This document shows positions 33,301 to 41,161 of a DNA stretch of 55,315 nt, one piece after another. Positions within the stretch are counted from its first letter, which is position 1. Each line of letters opens with the position of its first letter. This stretch comes from Bacteroidia bacterium (GTDB lineage: Bacteria; Bacteroidota; Bacteroidia; NS11-12g; UBA955), in NCBI GenBank assembly GCA_965659745.1, contig CBFHXF010000008.1, forward strand, positions 1 through 55,315. The letters are read 5' to 3'. A program made the position numbers and the translations under genes. The notes beneath the pieces were generated by a model that saw only the letters and a list, made by a program, of their open reading frames with translations, was not told the origin of the DNA and did not search any database.

Positions 33301-34734
33301 TGGGATTTTGGAGATGGAAGTGCGGTTTTGCAGAGTGATTCTGCACAGGTTTTTTATAACTATTCCAAAAGGGGCAATTACAACGTAGTTTTAAGTGCTC
33401 TTGCCGAAGGCTGTGAGAACGTTCAGTCAACCCGACTCTCTGTTTTTGAACAGCCTATTGCCCTATTAGAAGTAGATACCGTTGTATGTATGGGTGAAAC
33501 GCTTAGTTTTAATACAAAAACCCAAATGCAAACGGCTATTTTTGGTGTGCGCTGGGATTTTGACGAACAAGGGGCCTTTAGTACCCAAAAGAATACCGAC
33601 TATATCTACCAAACAGCGGGCGACAAACGGGTAAGGTATTTGGTTAAGAGTGAATTTGGTTGTATAGATTCAACCCAAATCAATGTGAGAGTGAAAGAGA
33701 GTCCAGAGGCTCAGTTTGACTACGATCAATTATGTCTTTTAAGTTCTACGCGCTTTACCAATACAACACAAGCAGTTTCTGGCTCTTTGTGGCAGTTGCA
33801 ATGGCAGTTAAACGATGTAAATCAGGGTTCTCAGTCTTCGTTTAACACTACTTGGGAAGATACCGGGAATCAAAAAATCATGTTAAAAGTGAGTTTGGAT
33901 AATGGCTGTGTGGATAGCACGGTGCGTATGGTAAAGATTTTGAATGAAGTGGATGTTGATTTCGACTTTGAGGTATTGTGTGCAGGCGATAGTGTTCGTT
34001 TTAGTAACAAGAGTATTCCCTTAGAAGGAGTAGACTTTACATGGTCATGGGGTGGAGGAGAAAGCCGGGAATCGGTAAATACCCGTTTGGTTTTTGATGC
34101 TGTAGATTCTACATCGGTGCCGGTATTATTGCGCGCATCTGCTTTGAATTCATGTGTAACAGAGGTAATCAAAAACGTTCCGGTATTGCCACGCCCGAGG
34201 ACTTGTGATTTTGAATATGCGAGTGATTACGATTATGCTTTTTATGGATTTGCCTTGAATCCCAAAGACGATGAAGGTCAATTGGGCGGACAGCCCGGAG
34301 TTGCTTATACGTGGGATATTGAAAATACGGGTGTATTTAATACAGAAGGTGAATCAGGCCTATTTAAACATGCGTTTCAAAGCGATGGCAGTTATGCTGT
34401 GAAAATGAGGGCAAAAACCACCCATCACGGTTGTATGTGTGAAAAAGAATATACGGTGGTGATGGATCGTTTAGATCGTTCAGAGCCTGATTTTCAGATA
34501 CGTGTGTTCCCAAATCCGGTGTCGGGGGATCGGATTCAAATTCAGGGACCTCGGGAAATGAGATCGGTGCGCTTGGTGGGGATAAACGGACAGACATGGT
34601 CCATAGAGGTGGTATCTCAGGGCATACAATCCTATTCATATATTTTACCTCATATCTCTAACGGAATCTATCAGTTAGAATGGTTAACGGCGGGCAAATG
34701 GGAACGCGTAAAGCTTGTGGTTTCCGGTCGCTAA
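30301..34734 (+). CDS. Large T9SS-secreted protein: beta-helix-like N-terminus, PKD/Ig repeats, type A CTD
   Basis: Signal peptide; LSGDYTLG; Asn-rich beta repeats; WEFG/WDFGDG/WDFD PKD motifs; CTD VFPNP...GIYQL...KLVV. Confidence 0.85.
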   Translation: MIKRHIFLLLWSICWGCSSLSAQLSGDYTLGGATGARNFTSWVDFVNEWNKNGVSGNVRLRVLKNDTLKQSLILKQHSSAPTKANRRITVLGNGFKILGNFNKEVLHLQGMDHLILKKLNIENTATSSSLLGIRFSNRADSNQVDSCTVVFSQLARKGSDTGAYIAFAADTGRISRNVAQHPGIGNSITHGRFYSVLSQSPGPFYGIYDKQGSQDYTRIPTQNRIDSNTISTFYSVGVLMQFINGEYCRGNVITRENCSSTSTTDTTLIGIFCLDGRSDSQAITITHNRIEHLPYKNADIKDAANFIWNLYGINAWKISGGGKKVVLIDNNAFEDFVYYSRFHGILSQYGEQISISYNNFYDIEGDRGYSFGIYSQLGDDVKIEFNRLRNIDFGSHNSGDGVLIFGNEMGSGTWGENRISGNILDSNRANNELYAIAVMRKGNWDISENKISHNYTVATKGQTVGIYFYYCVNMYIHDNLLANNYGPAETYYIYSTNYNTSQNLFVFHNTLYDSVPSNSAHATAMVYLDDDSQTEIRGNIVQGDGSGDVFPMFLNTVASLGPVKDNSIYLKGYSTENWAFEVNQYTGFTDWNRYGPKDSLTYWFPASFANKSTGDFRSREYRNQNNVNSYNITQRDVNGKLRNAMAADRGAVCDSLNLRILLGSSIPDTVCSGFILARNIQVVNDYVDTVMDLSISVNHDGFVSTQKRRMNLLPNDTGSFILANPIQLDQWGWNEVSIYIGSSNDNHQDDTLNYRVFVKPSPGGTQVLPQIDSNQSNIPIIGSAFDVVLCHTKIGYSFSPPRGFTRNEFGFNNKWAASVQAFSLGGSPIKGAQLDSSKSGSDLGFRFVTGDTSLEDSFIILKLRIIDLSTGCDTLIQRRLYIEPTPSVLFKSDSILCNQDTLYVKNTSSIRAGNSYMRYFWEFGNSDTSSDFNPTVVFRDTGWQSIKLTITTSPYNFTFYYSDSAWVKPIPDVSFSKGNACEGRNVIFKNESVSKAARFTWDFGDGSAVLQSDSAQVFYNYSKRGNYNVVLSALAEGCENVQSTRLSVFEQPIALLEVDTVVCMGETLSFNTKTQMQTAIFGVRWDFDEQGAFSTQKNTDYIYQTAGDKRVRYLVKSEFGCIDSTQINVRVKESPEAQFDYDQLCLLSSTRFTNTTQAVSGSLWQLQWQLNDVNQGSQSSFNTTWEDTGNQKIMLKVSLDNGCVDSTVRMVKILNEVDVDFDFEVLCAGDSVRFSNKSIPLEGVDFTWSWGGGESRESVNTRLVFDAVDSTSVPVLLRASALNSCVTEVIKNVPVLPRPRTCDFEYASDYDYAFYGFALNPKDDEGQLGGQPGVAYTWDIENTGVFNTEGESGLFKHAFQSDGSYAVKMRAKTTHHGCMCEKEYTVVMDRLDRSEPDFQIRVFPNPVSGDRIQIQGPREMRSVRLVGINGQTWSIEVVSQGIQSYSYILPHISNGIYQLEWLTAGKWERVKLVVSGR

Positions 34735-34850
34735 TTTGCCATTGCGGCTTATTATTCGTACCTTTGCATTGCATTTAAGCAGAATAAGAAGGTTCTTATT
34801 CAGAAAGCCCACACACTTTTATTTTATTTTTTGGGCTTTCGCTACTCGTT
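34735..34850 (+). promoter_or_regulatory. Bacteroidota promoter plus structured 5' leader
   Basis: TTTG (34735-34738), 20 nt, TACCTTTG (34759-34766); hairpins GAATAAGA/TCTTATTC (34782-34801) and GAAAGCCCA/TGGGCTTTC (34803-34840). Confidence 0.6.
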
Positions 34851-36260
34851 GTGGAACTTATAGATTATATCATATTCGCCGCCTACCTAATTGCCATGGT
34901 AGGGGTGGGTCTTTATTTTTACATAAAGAACCAATCTGTTGATGATTATTTTCTTGGTGGAAGAAATATAGGCAGCTTGCATATTGGCATGTCGGTGGTA
35001 GCAACGGATGTGGGAGGGGGATTTTCCATTGGTTTAGGCGGATTAGGATTTGCGATGGGACTGTCGGGTTCTTGGATGTTGTTTACGGGGCTCGTGGGTG
35101 CTTGGCTGAGCGCGGTATGGTTGATTCCTAGGGTTTTTAAATTAACGGCTATAAAAACGTTGTATTCCATGCCCCAATTAATCAAGCATTATTATGGGTA
35201 TACGGCAGCAGGCATAGCCGCTACTATTTCTTTTATTGGATATGTAGGTTTTACTTCTTCTCAAATTGTGGCGGGTGCCAAGCTTGCTTCTGCTACGTTT
35301 GATGGAATCAGCTTTGAGCATTTGCTCCTTATTATGGGAATTTTTACGGTGATTTATACCGCTTTAGGCGGATTGAAAGCGGTAATTTATACGGATACGA
35401 TACAGTGGCTGATATTAATGGTTGGCTTGCTTTTTGTGGGAATTCCTGCGGCCTATTATATGCTTGGAGGATGGGACGCCATCGTTGCAGTTTTGCCTTC
35501 TGATATGTTACGGCTTGATCAAGTTTCCCCCGTGAAGATGCTCAATTGGAGTTTGACCATTATACCCATTTGGTTTATTGGGATGACCTTATACCAGCGG
35601 ATTTTCGCATCGAGGAGTGAGCTTGAAGCCAAGCGCGCTTGGTTTTTTGCGGGGTTGTTAGAATGGCCTCTTATGGCATTTATGGGCGTGGTTTTGGGAA
35701 TTTTTGCGCGTGCGGCGTTTGAAATGGAATTGATTTCATTTCCCAATGGCATTGTAGATCCAGAGTTGGGATTGCCGTTATTGTTGCGAACGGCTTTGCC
35801 TGTAGGGGTAACGGGGGTGATATTGGCGGCTTATTTTTCGGCTATCATGTCTACCGCCGATAGTTGTTTGATGGCAGCATCGGGTAATTTTATCAGTGAT
35901 TTTTTAGGTCAATTAATCCGGATGAGTCCCAAACAACAACTGCGCATGTCGCAGTGGAGTACTTTATTATTAGGAGGGATTGCCATATTTATAGGCATGC
36001 ACATGCGCAATGTATTAGAGTTGATGTTGCTATCGTATGCGTTTATGGTTTCCGGACTTTTTGTTCCCATAATTATGGCATTAAGTGGCCGCTCTAGGTC
36101 AGCACCTGCGGCTATTGCGTCCATGTTAGGGGGTGGTATCAGCGCCATGGCTCTGGTGTATTACGAAGTTGAAATTTGGGGCGGCCTCGACGCCAATGCA
36201 GTAGGCCTGACGATTTCGGCTTTATTATTTGCGATTTTTCATAAATTTTTTAAGACATAA
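34851..36260 (+). CDS. Sodium:solute symporter (SSS) family protein
   Basis: DYFLGGR, YTALGGLKAVIYTDTIQ, YQRIFA, SAIMSTADS; many TM segments; GTG start. Confidence 0.92.
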   Translation: MELIDYIIFAAYLIAMVGVGLYFYIKNQSVDDYFLGGRNIGSLHIGMSVVATDVGGGFSIGLGGLGFAMGLSGSWMLFTGLVGAWLSAVWLIPRVFKLTAIKTLYSMPQLIKHYYGYTAAGIAATISFIGYVGFTSSQIVAGAKLASATFDGISFEHLLLIMGIFTVIYTALGGLKAVIYTDTIQWLILMVGLLFVGIPAAYYMLGGWDAIVAVLPSDMLRLDQVSPVKMLNWSLTIIPIWFIGMTLYQRIFASRSELEAKRAWFFAGLLEWPLMAFMGVVLGIFARAAFEMELISFPNGIVDPELGLPLLLRTALPVGVTGVILAAYFSAIMSTADSCLMAASGNFISDFLGQLIRMSPKQQLRMSQWSTLLLGGIAIFIGMHMRNVLELMLLSYAFMVSGLFVPIIMALSGRSRSAPAAIASMLGGGISAMALVYYEVEIWGGLDANAVGLTISALLFAIFHKFFKT

Positions 36261-36271
36261 TTCCAGTAGAT

Positions 36272-36700
36272 ATGATTCATTATACACATTACGAAAAAAA
36301 GAGTGACCCTTTTGTAGCCGGGGGAGATTTGGCAGCCTTCTTACACCGTCATTTGGAGCAATATGGGGATAAATCTGAAGATATTCAGAAGGCGATAGAC
36401 TATGTTTTTGCAAAAGGCGGACATATTGCGGTACAATATTTTGAAGGACAACCGAGTGGCGCCGTAGTCGTAAATCACACACAAATGGGAGGTTATATAC
36501 CGGAAAATATTTTGGTATATATTGCGGTTCGAGGTGATTTGAGAGGCAAAGGTTTAGGGAAAAAACTTATGAAAGCCGTTTTGGATGAAATTGAGGGCGA
36601 TGTGGCCTTACATGTGGAAGCGAATAATCCAGCCAAGCATTTATACGAGTCCTTGGGCTTTACGAATCCCTATCTTGAAATGCGTTTAAAGCGAAACTAA
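36272..36700 (+). CDS. GNAT family N-acetyltransferase
   Basis: YIAV...RGKGLGKKLM motif A; LHVEANNPAKHLYESLGF. Confidence 0.9.
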   Translation: MIHYTHYEKKSDPFVAGGDLAAFLHRHLEQYGDKSEDIQKAIDYVFAKGGHIAVQYFEGQPSGAVVVNHTQMGGYIPENILVYIAVRGDLRGKGLGKKLMKAVLDEIEGDVALHVEANNPAKHLYESLGFTNPYLEMRLKRN

Positions 36701-36701
36701 T

Positions 36702-37775
36702 ATGGCATTCTTAGAACTTTATCGAAATAAGCTAAAGCATAATTTCGACTTTTTGAACGACTTTTTAAAGGCAGAAAATAAAGAATGGGCGGTGGTAACC
36801 AAATTGCTATGTGGTAATAAAGCCTATTTACAGGAATTAATTAATTTGGGTGTTACCGAATTTTGTGATTCGCGTGTTAGTAATTTACGCACCATAAAGC
36901 AGCTGTCACCCGATGCTCAAACGGTTTATATTAAACCACCCGCACGCCGAAGCATCAAATCGATCGTGCGTTATGCGGATGTGAGTTTTAATACCGAATT
37001 AGATACGATTGAGCGGCTTTCCGCAGAAGCGTTGCATCATGGTAAAGTTCATAAGGTAATTGTGATGATCGAAATGGGCGATTTGAGAGAGGGAGTTATG
37101 GGAGAGGATTTGCTCAATTTCTATGGTAAATTATTAGAGCTTAAAGGCGTTTCCATAGTAGGTATTGGCGCTAATATTAATTGTTTAAGTGGAGTGCTTC
37201 CCACCCAAGATAAATACATACAACTCTCTTTATACAAGCAATTGATAGAATCTAAATTTGGGATTCAAATTCCTTGGATAACGGCAGGAACGTCTATTAC
37301 CTTGCCGCTATTATGGCGAAAACAAATTCCTGCGAGTATCAATCATTTTAGAATTGGCGAATCGCTCTTTTTTGGAGCCGATTTATTAACGGGCGGGGCC
37401 TTTGCCGATTTGAAAACCGATGTAATTAAGCTTTTTGCGGAGATTATTGAGATTTCGGAAAAACCCAAAGTGCCAATTGGTTATTTAGCAGAAAATCCTT
37501 CGGGTGAAAAAGTTGAGGTCATAGAATCGGATTACGGTCAGATGGCGTTTCGCGCTATAGTAGATATAGGGTTGTTGGATATTTCGACCGACTTTTTAAG
37601 CCCTATAGATGAAGCCGTTAGCATAGTAGGAGCAAGTTCAGATATGTTAATATTAGACTTAGGTGAACAATTTGAGCATTATAAAGTGGGCGACTTGATG
37701 TCGTTTCGATTAACATATATGGGGGCATTGGGGATTTTTAATAGTAATTATATTGAAAAAAGGGTAGTGGATTAA
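36702..37775 (+). CDS. Alanine/ornithine racemase family PLP-dependent enzyme
   Basis: VVTKLLCG (PLP Lys), DSR, EMGDLREG, GANINCLSG, NHFRIGE, GASSDM; ornithine-racemase-like pattern. Confidence 0.85.
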   Translation: MAFLELYRNKLKHNFDFLNDFLKAENKEWAVVTKLLCGNKAYLQELINLGVTEFCDSRVSNLRTIKQLSPDAQTVYIKPPARRSIKSIVRYADVSFNTELDTIERLSAEALHHGKVHKVIVMIEMGDLREGVMGEDLLNFYGKLLELKGVSIVGIGANINCLSGVLPTQDKYIQLSLYKQLIESKFGIQIPWITAGTSITLPLLWRKQIPASINHFRIGESLFFGADLLTGGAFADLKTDVIKLFAEIIEISEKPKVPIGYLAENPSGEKVEVIESDYGQMAFRAIVDIGLLDISTDFLSPIDEAVSIVGASSDMLILDLGEQFEHYKVGDLMSFRLTYMGALGIFNSNYIEKRVVD

Positions 37776-37808
37776 ATTACAATTGCGCTTTTTGGGTATT
37801 TTTGTTCC

Positions 37809-38972
37809 ATGCGTATACAACGGTTGTTGGGCTTTCTTTGTTTGGGTTTGTTTGTTATCAAAGGTTATGCTCAAACTGCAGATTCTGTGGTTTCCCCGAA
37901 AAAGTATCCCATTCAACTCCCTGAGTGGATTCACAACATGGTGTATGATACCGCGAGTTCTACCAAACCTCGATTTTTGTTTTATCCCGTCATAGGCTAT
38001 GCCCCCGAAACCAAATGGGAGTTTGGATTGAGTGGTTTGGTGGTTTTTCATTACAATAACGATACCACCCTCCGTCTTAGTGAAATTAGTACGTTTGCTT
38101 TTTACACTCAAGAACGACAATTGGGGTTATGGGTAGACCATGCTATTTATGGAAAAGACAATAATTTCCTCACTTTGGGGAAAATGCGTTTTCAAAATTA
38201 TCCCTTGTCGTATTATGGAGTTGGATCTCAAATTCCAGATAAACCTGTGGCCATTGTAAATGCTAATTATTACAATGTAAGGGAGCGATTTGTGTATCGC
38301 CTGAAAGGAAACTTGTTTGCAGGATTGGAATTAGACTATCAGCAATTGGAGAATGCCACCTTCGAACCTAAAGAAATAGATCCCACTGCACCCGAAATAC
38401 CCATGCCTTTAGGTGCCAACGGAAGTAAAAATTTGGGAGTAGGATTCGGACTTTTACTGGATTCCCGTCACAACATGTTGAATGTGCGTGAAGGATATTT
38501 GGCTGAGCTGGCCTTTATACATTATGGCGATTTGTTTCAGCAGTCGTTCCCCATGAACACGCTGTTTTTAGACGGTCGTTATTTTATCCCTACTTCGAAG
38601 AATCAAGTATTGGCGTTTCAAGTGGTGGGACAATTTTCAAATGGAGAGGTTCCTTTCAATCAATTGAGTATGATGGGTGGTGAAACCATCATGCGGGGCT
38701 ATTATTTAGGCCGATATCGCGATAAAAACTATGTGGCGGCGCAGGCAGAATATCGCTTTTTGCCTTTTGGATTTAGCAAACGCTTAGGGGGTGCCGTTTT
38801 CGGCGCCGTTGGAGCCGTTTCGGAAAGCTTCCCCACCGATAATTACAAATGGTCAGCGGGTGCAGGGTTGCGGTATTTACTCTTCCCGAAAAAAGACATT
38901 TTTACCCGAATTGATGTTGGGGTTAATCCCGACGGTTATGGTGTTTACTTTTATATTGGGGAAGCCTTTTAA
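37809..38972 (+). CDS. Omp85 (BamA/TamA) family outer-membrane barrel protein without POTRA domains
   Basis: Signal peptide; YAPETKW, DSR, GG...MRGYYLGRYRD, C-terminal IGEAF. Confidence 0.82.
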   Translation: MRIQRLLGFLCLGLFVIKGYAQTADSVVSPKKYPIQLPEWIHNMVYDTASSTKPRFLFYPVIGYAPETKWEFGLSGLVVFHYNNDTTLRLSEISTFAFYTQERQLGLWVDHAIYGKDNNFLTLGKMRFQNYPLSYYGVGSQIPDKPVAIVNANYYNVRERFVYRLKGNLFAGLELDYQQLENATFEPKEIDPTAPEIPMPLGANGSKNLGVGFGLLLDSRHNMLNVREGYLAELAFIHYGDLFQQSFPMNTLFLDGRYFIPTSKNQVLAFQVVGQFSNGEVPFNQLSMMGGETIMRGYYLGRYRDKNYVAAQAEYRFLPFGFSKRLGGAVFGAVGAVSESFPTDNYKWSAGAGLRYLLFPKKDIFTRIDVGVNPDGYGVYFYIGEAF

Positions 38973-39149
38973 CGGCGATCCGTAATAGGACATCACCAAC
39001 ATGCAAGGAACGATTTTTACCGGAAGATTTGTAAAAAATGCAATTTTAGATAGCGTAATGTAAAAGTATTTGCAAAAAATGCAAATATGTGCCATTCTTC
39101 GGGCGCCAGGGCCAATATGGCCCTATATTTGATGTAAATTGAATTAACT

Positions 39150-40412
39150 ATGAAATATAATCTATTACTCTCAGCCGCTTTGGCGTTGGTTGCCTCACCG
39201 ATTCAGGCACAACAAAAATCAAAGGCCTTTCAATTGCCCTCTACAACTACAAAAAAAGAGTCTCCAGTTAATCAGGTTCAAAAGCGCTCACTAAGCGAAG
39301 ACCGCCCCCAGCGTATTGTTAGGTCGCAGTGGGATCAAGATTCTGCCGATTTCTTATTCTTTAAAGATACCACCCATGTTACGTATTATACGAATGGTTT
39401 AACATCATCGGAAAGGGTAGTATTCCCTAATTCATGGGGCACGTATACCAATTACACTGAATTTATGTACAACGGCGATGGCAATTTGATTAAGGAAACC
39501 TATTTTACTGTCAATGATGACGGTACGAGAGACACCTCTTCTGTTACAGAATACGATTATGAGAATGACATATTGGTGTTTAAACGTTACTTATGGAGAA
39601 ATTCAAGTAGTACGGTATGGGAAGATTTTGAAGAATCCCGTTTCACGTATACATTAAAACCAAGTACCGATTTGGTTTCGCAGGTTATCATGGAATCTAG
39701 ATCCAAAGACGAGCCCGCTTGGGAGAAAGAACAGCGTACATCTTTTGAATATCAGTCGAATGGACTCCCTAAAAAGCTTACGTTAGAAATGTGGGACAGC
39801 GACGAACAAAAATTTATGCAAGCAGGTTTATATGATACGATTGTTTGGCGCAAATGGATCAAAAATCACCATCAACTAGAAGATGTAGAATTTTCCATGG
39901 TGGAAGGTTCGGTGATCTTTTTAGGTATGGGGCGCGTTCGTTTAAGGGCGCAATATGATGAGTACGGCAATCAAATCAGCGAAACTCAATATTTTATAAA
40001 CGGTACCGATTCGGTCTTGTCTGATGCCACACAGCACATCTTCACCTATGATTCTGAAGGCAGATCCCTTACCCAATTGGAGAAATACTGGGATTCTGAG
40101 GCCGAAGCCTATATCAATCAGTCCTATTACGAATACTTCGACTATTACGCGCCAACCGCGCTTAATACCCGCAATCTCCATTTAAACGCATCGGTATACC
40201 CCGTACCAACAACTGATAAATTATTCGTGACTTTTTCGGGGGAAACCAAAGCACACCTTGTACTTCGCGAATTAAGCAGCGGCAAAATTATGCTGGAAAG
40301 CGAAATTATTTCGGGTGAAGGGGTGTCTATGGGCGATCTTAATTCGGGCATTTACACCTACGAATTGCATACCCCACAAGGCATGCAATTCGGTAAGTGT
40401 ATTAAAAACTAA
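39150..40412 (+). CDS. T9SS type A sorting-domain protein with repeated YxY(N/D)xxG beta-hairpins
   Basis: Signal peptide; YNGDGN, YDEYGN, YDSEGR repeats; CTD VYPVP...SGIYTY...K. Confidence 0.78.
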   Translation: MKYNLLLSAALALVASPIQAQQKSKAFQLPSTTTKKESPVNQVQKRSLSEDRPQRIVRSQWDQDSADFLFFKDTTHVTYYTNGLTSSERVVFPNSWGTYTNYTEFMYNGDGNLIKETYFTVNDDGTRDTSSVTEYDYENDILVFKRYLWRNSSSTVWEDFEESRFTYTLKPSTDLVSQVIMESRSKDEPAWEKEQRTSFEYQSNGLPKKLTLEMWDSDEQKFMQAGLYDTIVWRKWIKNHHQLEDVEFSMVEGSVIFLGMGRVRLRAQYDEYGNQISETQYFINGTDSVLSDATQHIFTYDSEGRSLTQLEKYWDSEAEAYINQSYYEYFDYYAPTALNTRNLHLNASVYPVPTTDKLFVTFSGETKAHLVLRELSSGKIMLESEIISGEGVSMGDLNSGIYTYELHTPQGMQFGKCIKN

Positions 40413-40426
40413 GATTTTTTAAATAG

Positions 40427-40996
40427 TTATAGATTGGCAGCAAAGTGCAACAATTCATTAACGGTACTTTGCTGCTTGTCTTTTGCATACCATTTGTGCA
40501 GCTCTTCGGAGTAGTTGCTTGCCGTTTCGGGATTGGACTTTAAAGCAATGACCAATTCCTGTGCTTTTACAGGTCGGGGTCCCCAATCTGCTAAAAGTTG
40601 CGCATTGTTATCGAGTTTTACAATTTTGGGAACCGCCATGCCTCCATTGGTCAAATGAGCCTGCATTAATTCGGGTACTTCGTCGCGGTATACCAAACGC
40701 AGGGTGATTTTTCCTTGGCTGGCTTCTGCAATTTTAGCCATCACAGGCACGGTTTGTGAAGCATCGCCACACCAGTGTTCGCTGATCACAAGCCATGTTT
40801 GAACGGGTACGTTCGCCACTTTTTGAAGTTGTTCCTCATTCAGTTGGAAGGTTCTGTCTAAGCGACTGCTTCGCTGAAGATTCATAGGAACATATTGTCC
40901 GTAGGTATAAGCCTCTGGATTTTCGCTTTTTTGAATAAATAATTCTTGATAGGCGGCATAATCAACCGCATTTTCCAAATATTCGGAATAGTTCAT
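40427..40996 (-). CDS. Thioredoxin family protein (WCGD type)
   Basis: SEHWCGDA, RD, LTNG..AVPK, WGPRP. Confidence 0.85.
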   Translation of the reverse strand: MNYSEYLENAVDYAAYQELFIQKSENPEAYTYGQYVPMNLQRSSRLDRTFQLNEEQLQKVANVPVQTWLVISEHWCGDASQTVPVMAKIAEASQGKITLRLVYRDEVPELMQAHLTNGGMAVPKIVKLDNNAQLLADWGPRPVKAQELVIALKSNPETASNYSEELHKWYAKDKQQSTVNELLHFAANL

Positions 40997-41161
40997 TCCG
41001 CAAAATTCGTAAAAATTTGTTTAAACAATTAATAAGAGTCGACGAATTACACTAAAATTACTCTAATGGATAGATGCGTTAATATGGTTTAAGGTTCTAT
41101 CTACAGGTCGAATTTAATGTATTGTGATAAAGGGAAATTCGCGTTCTAATTAAAGCCTTAG

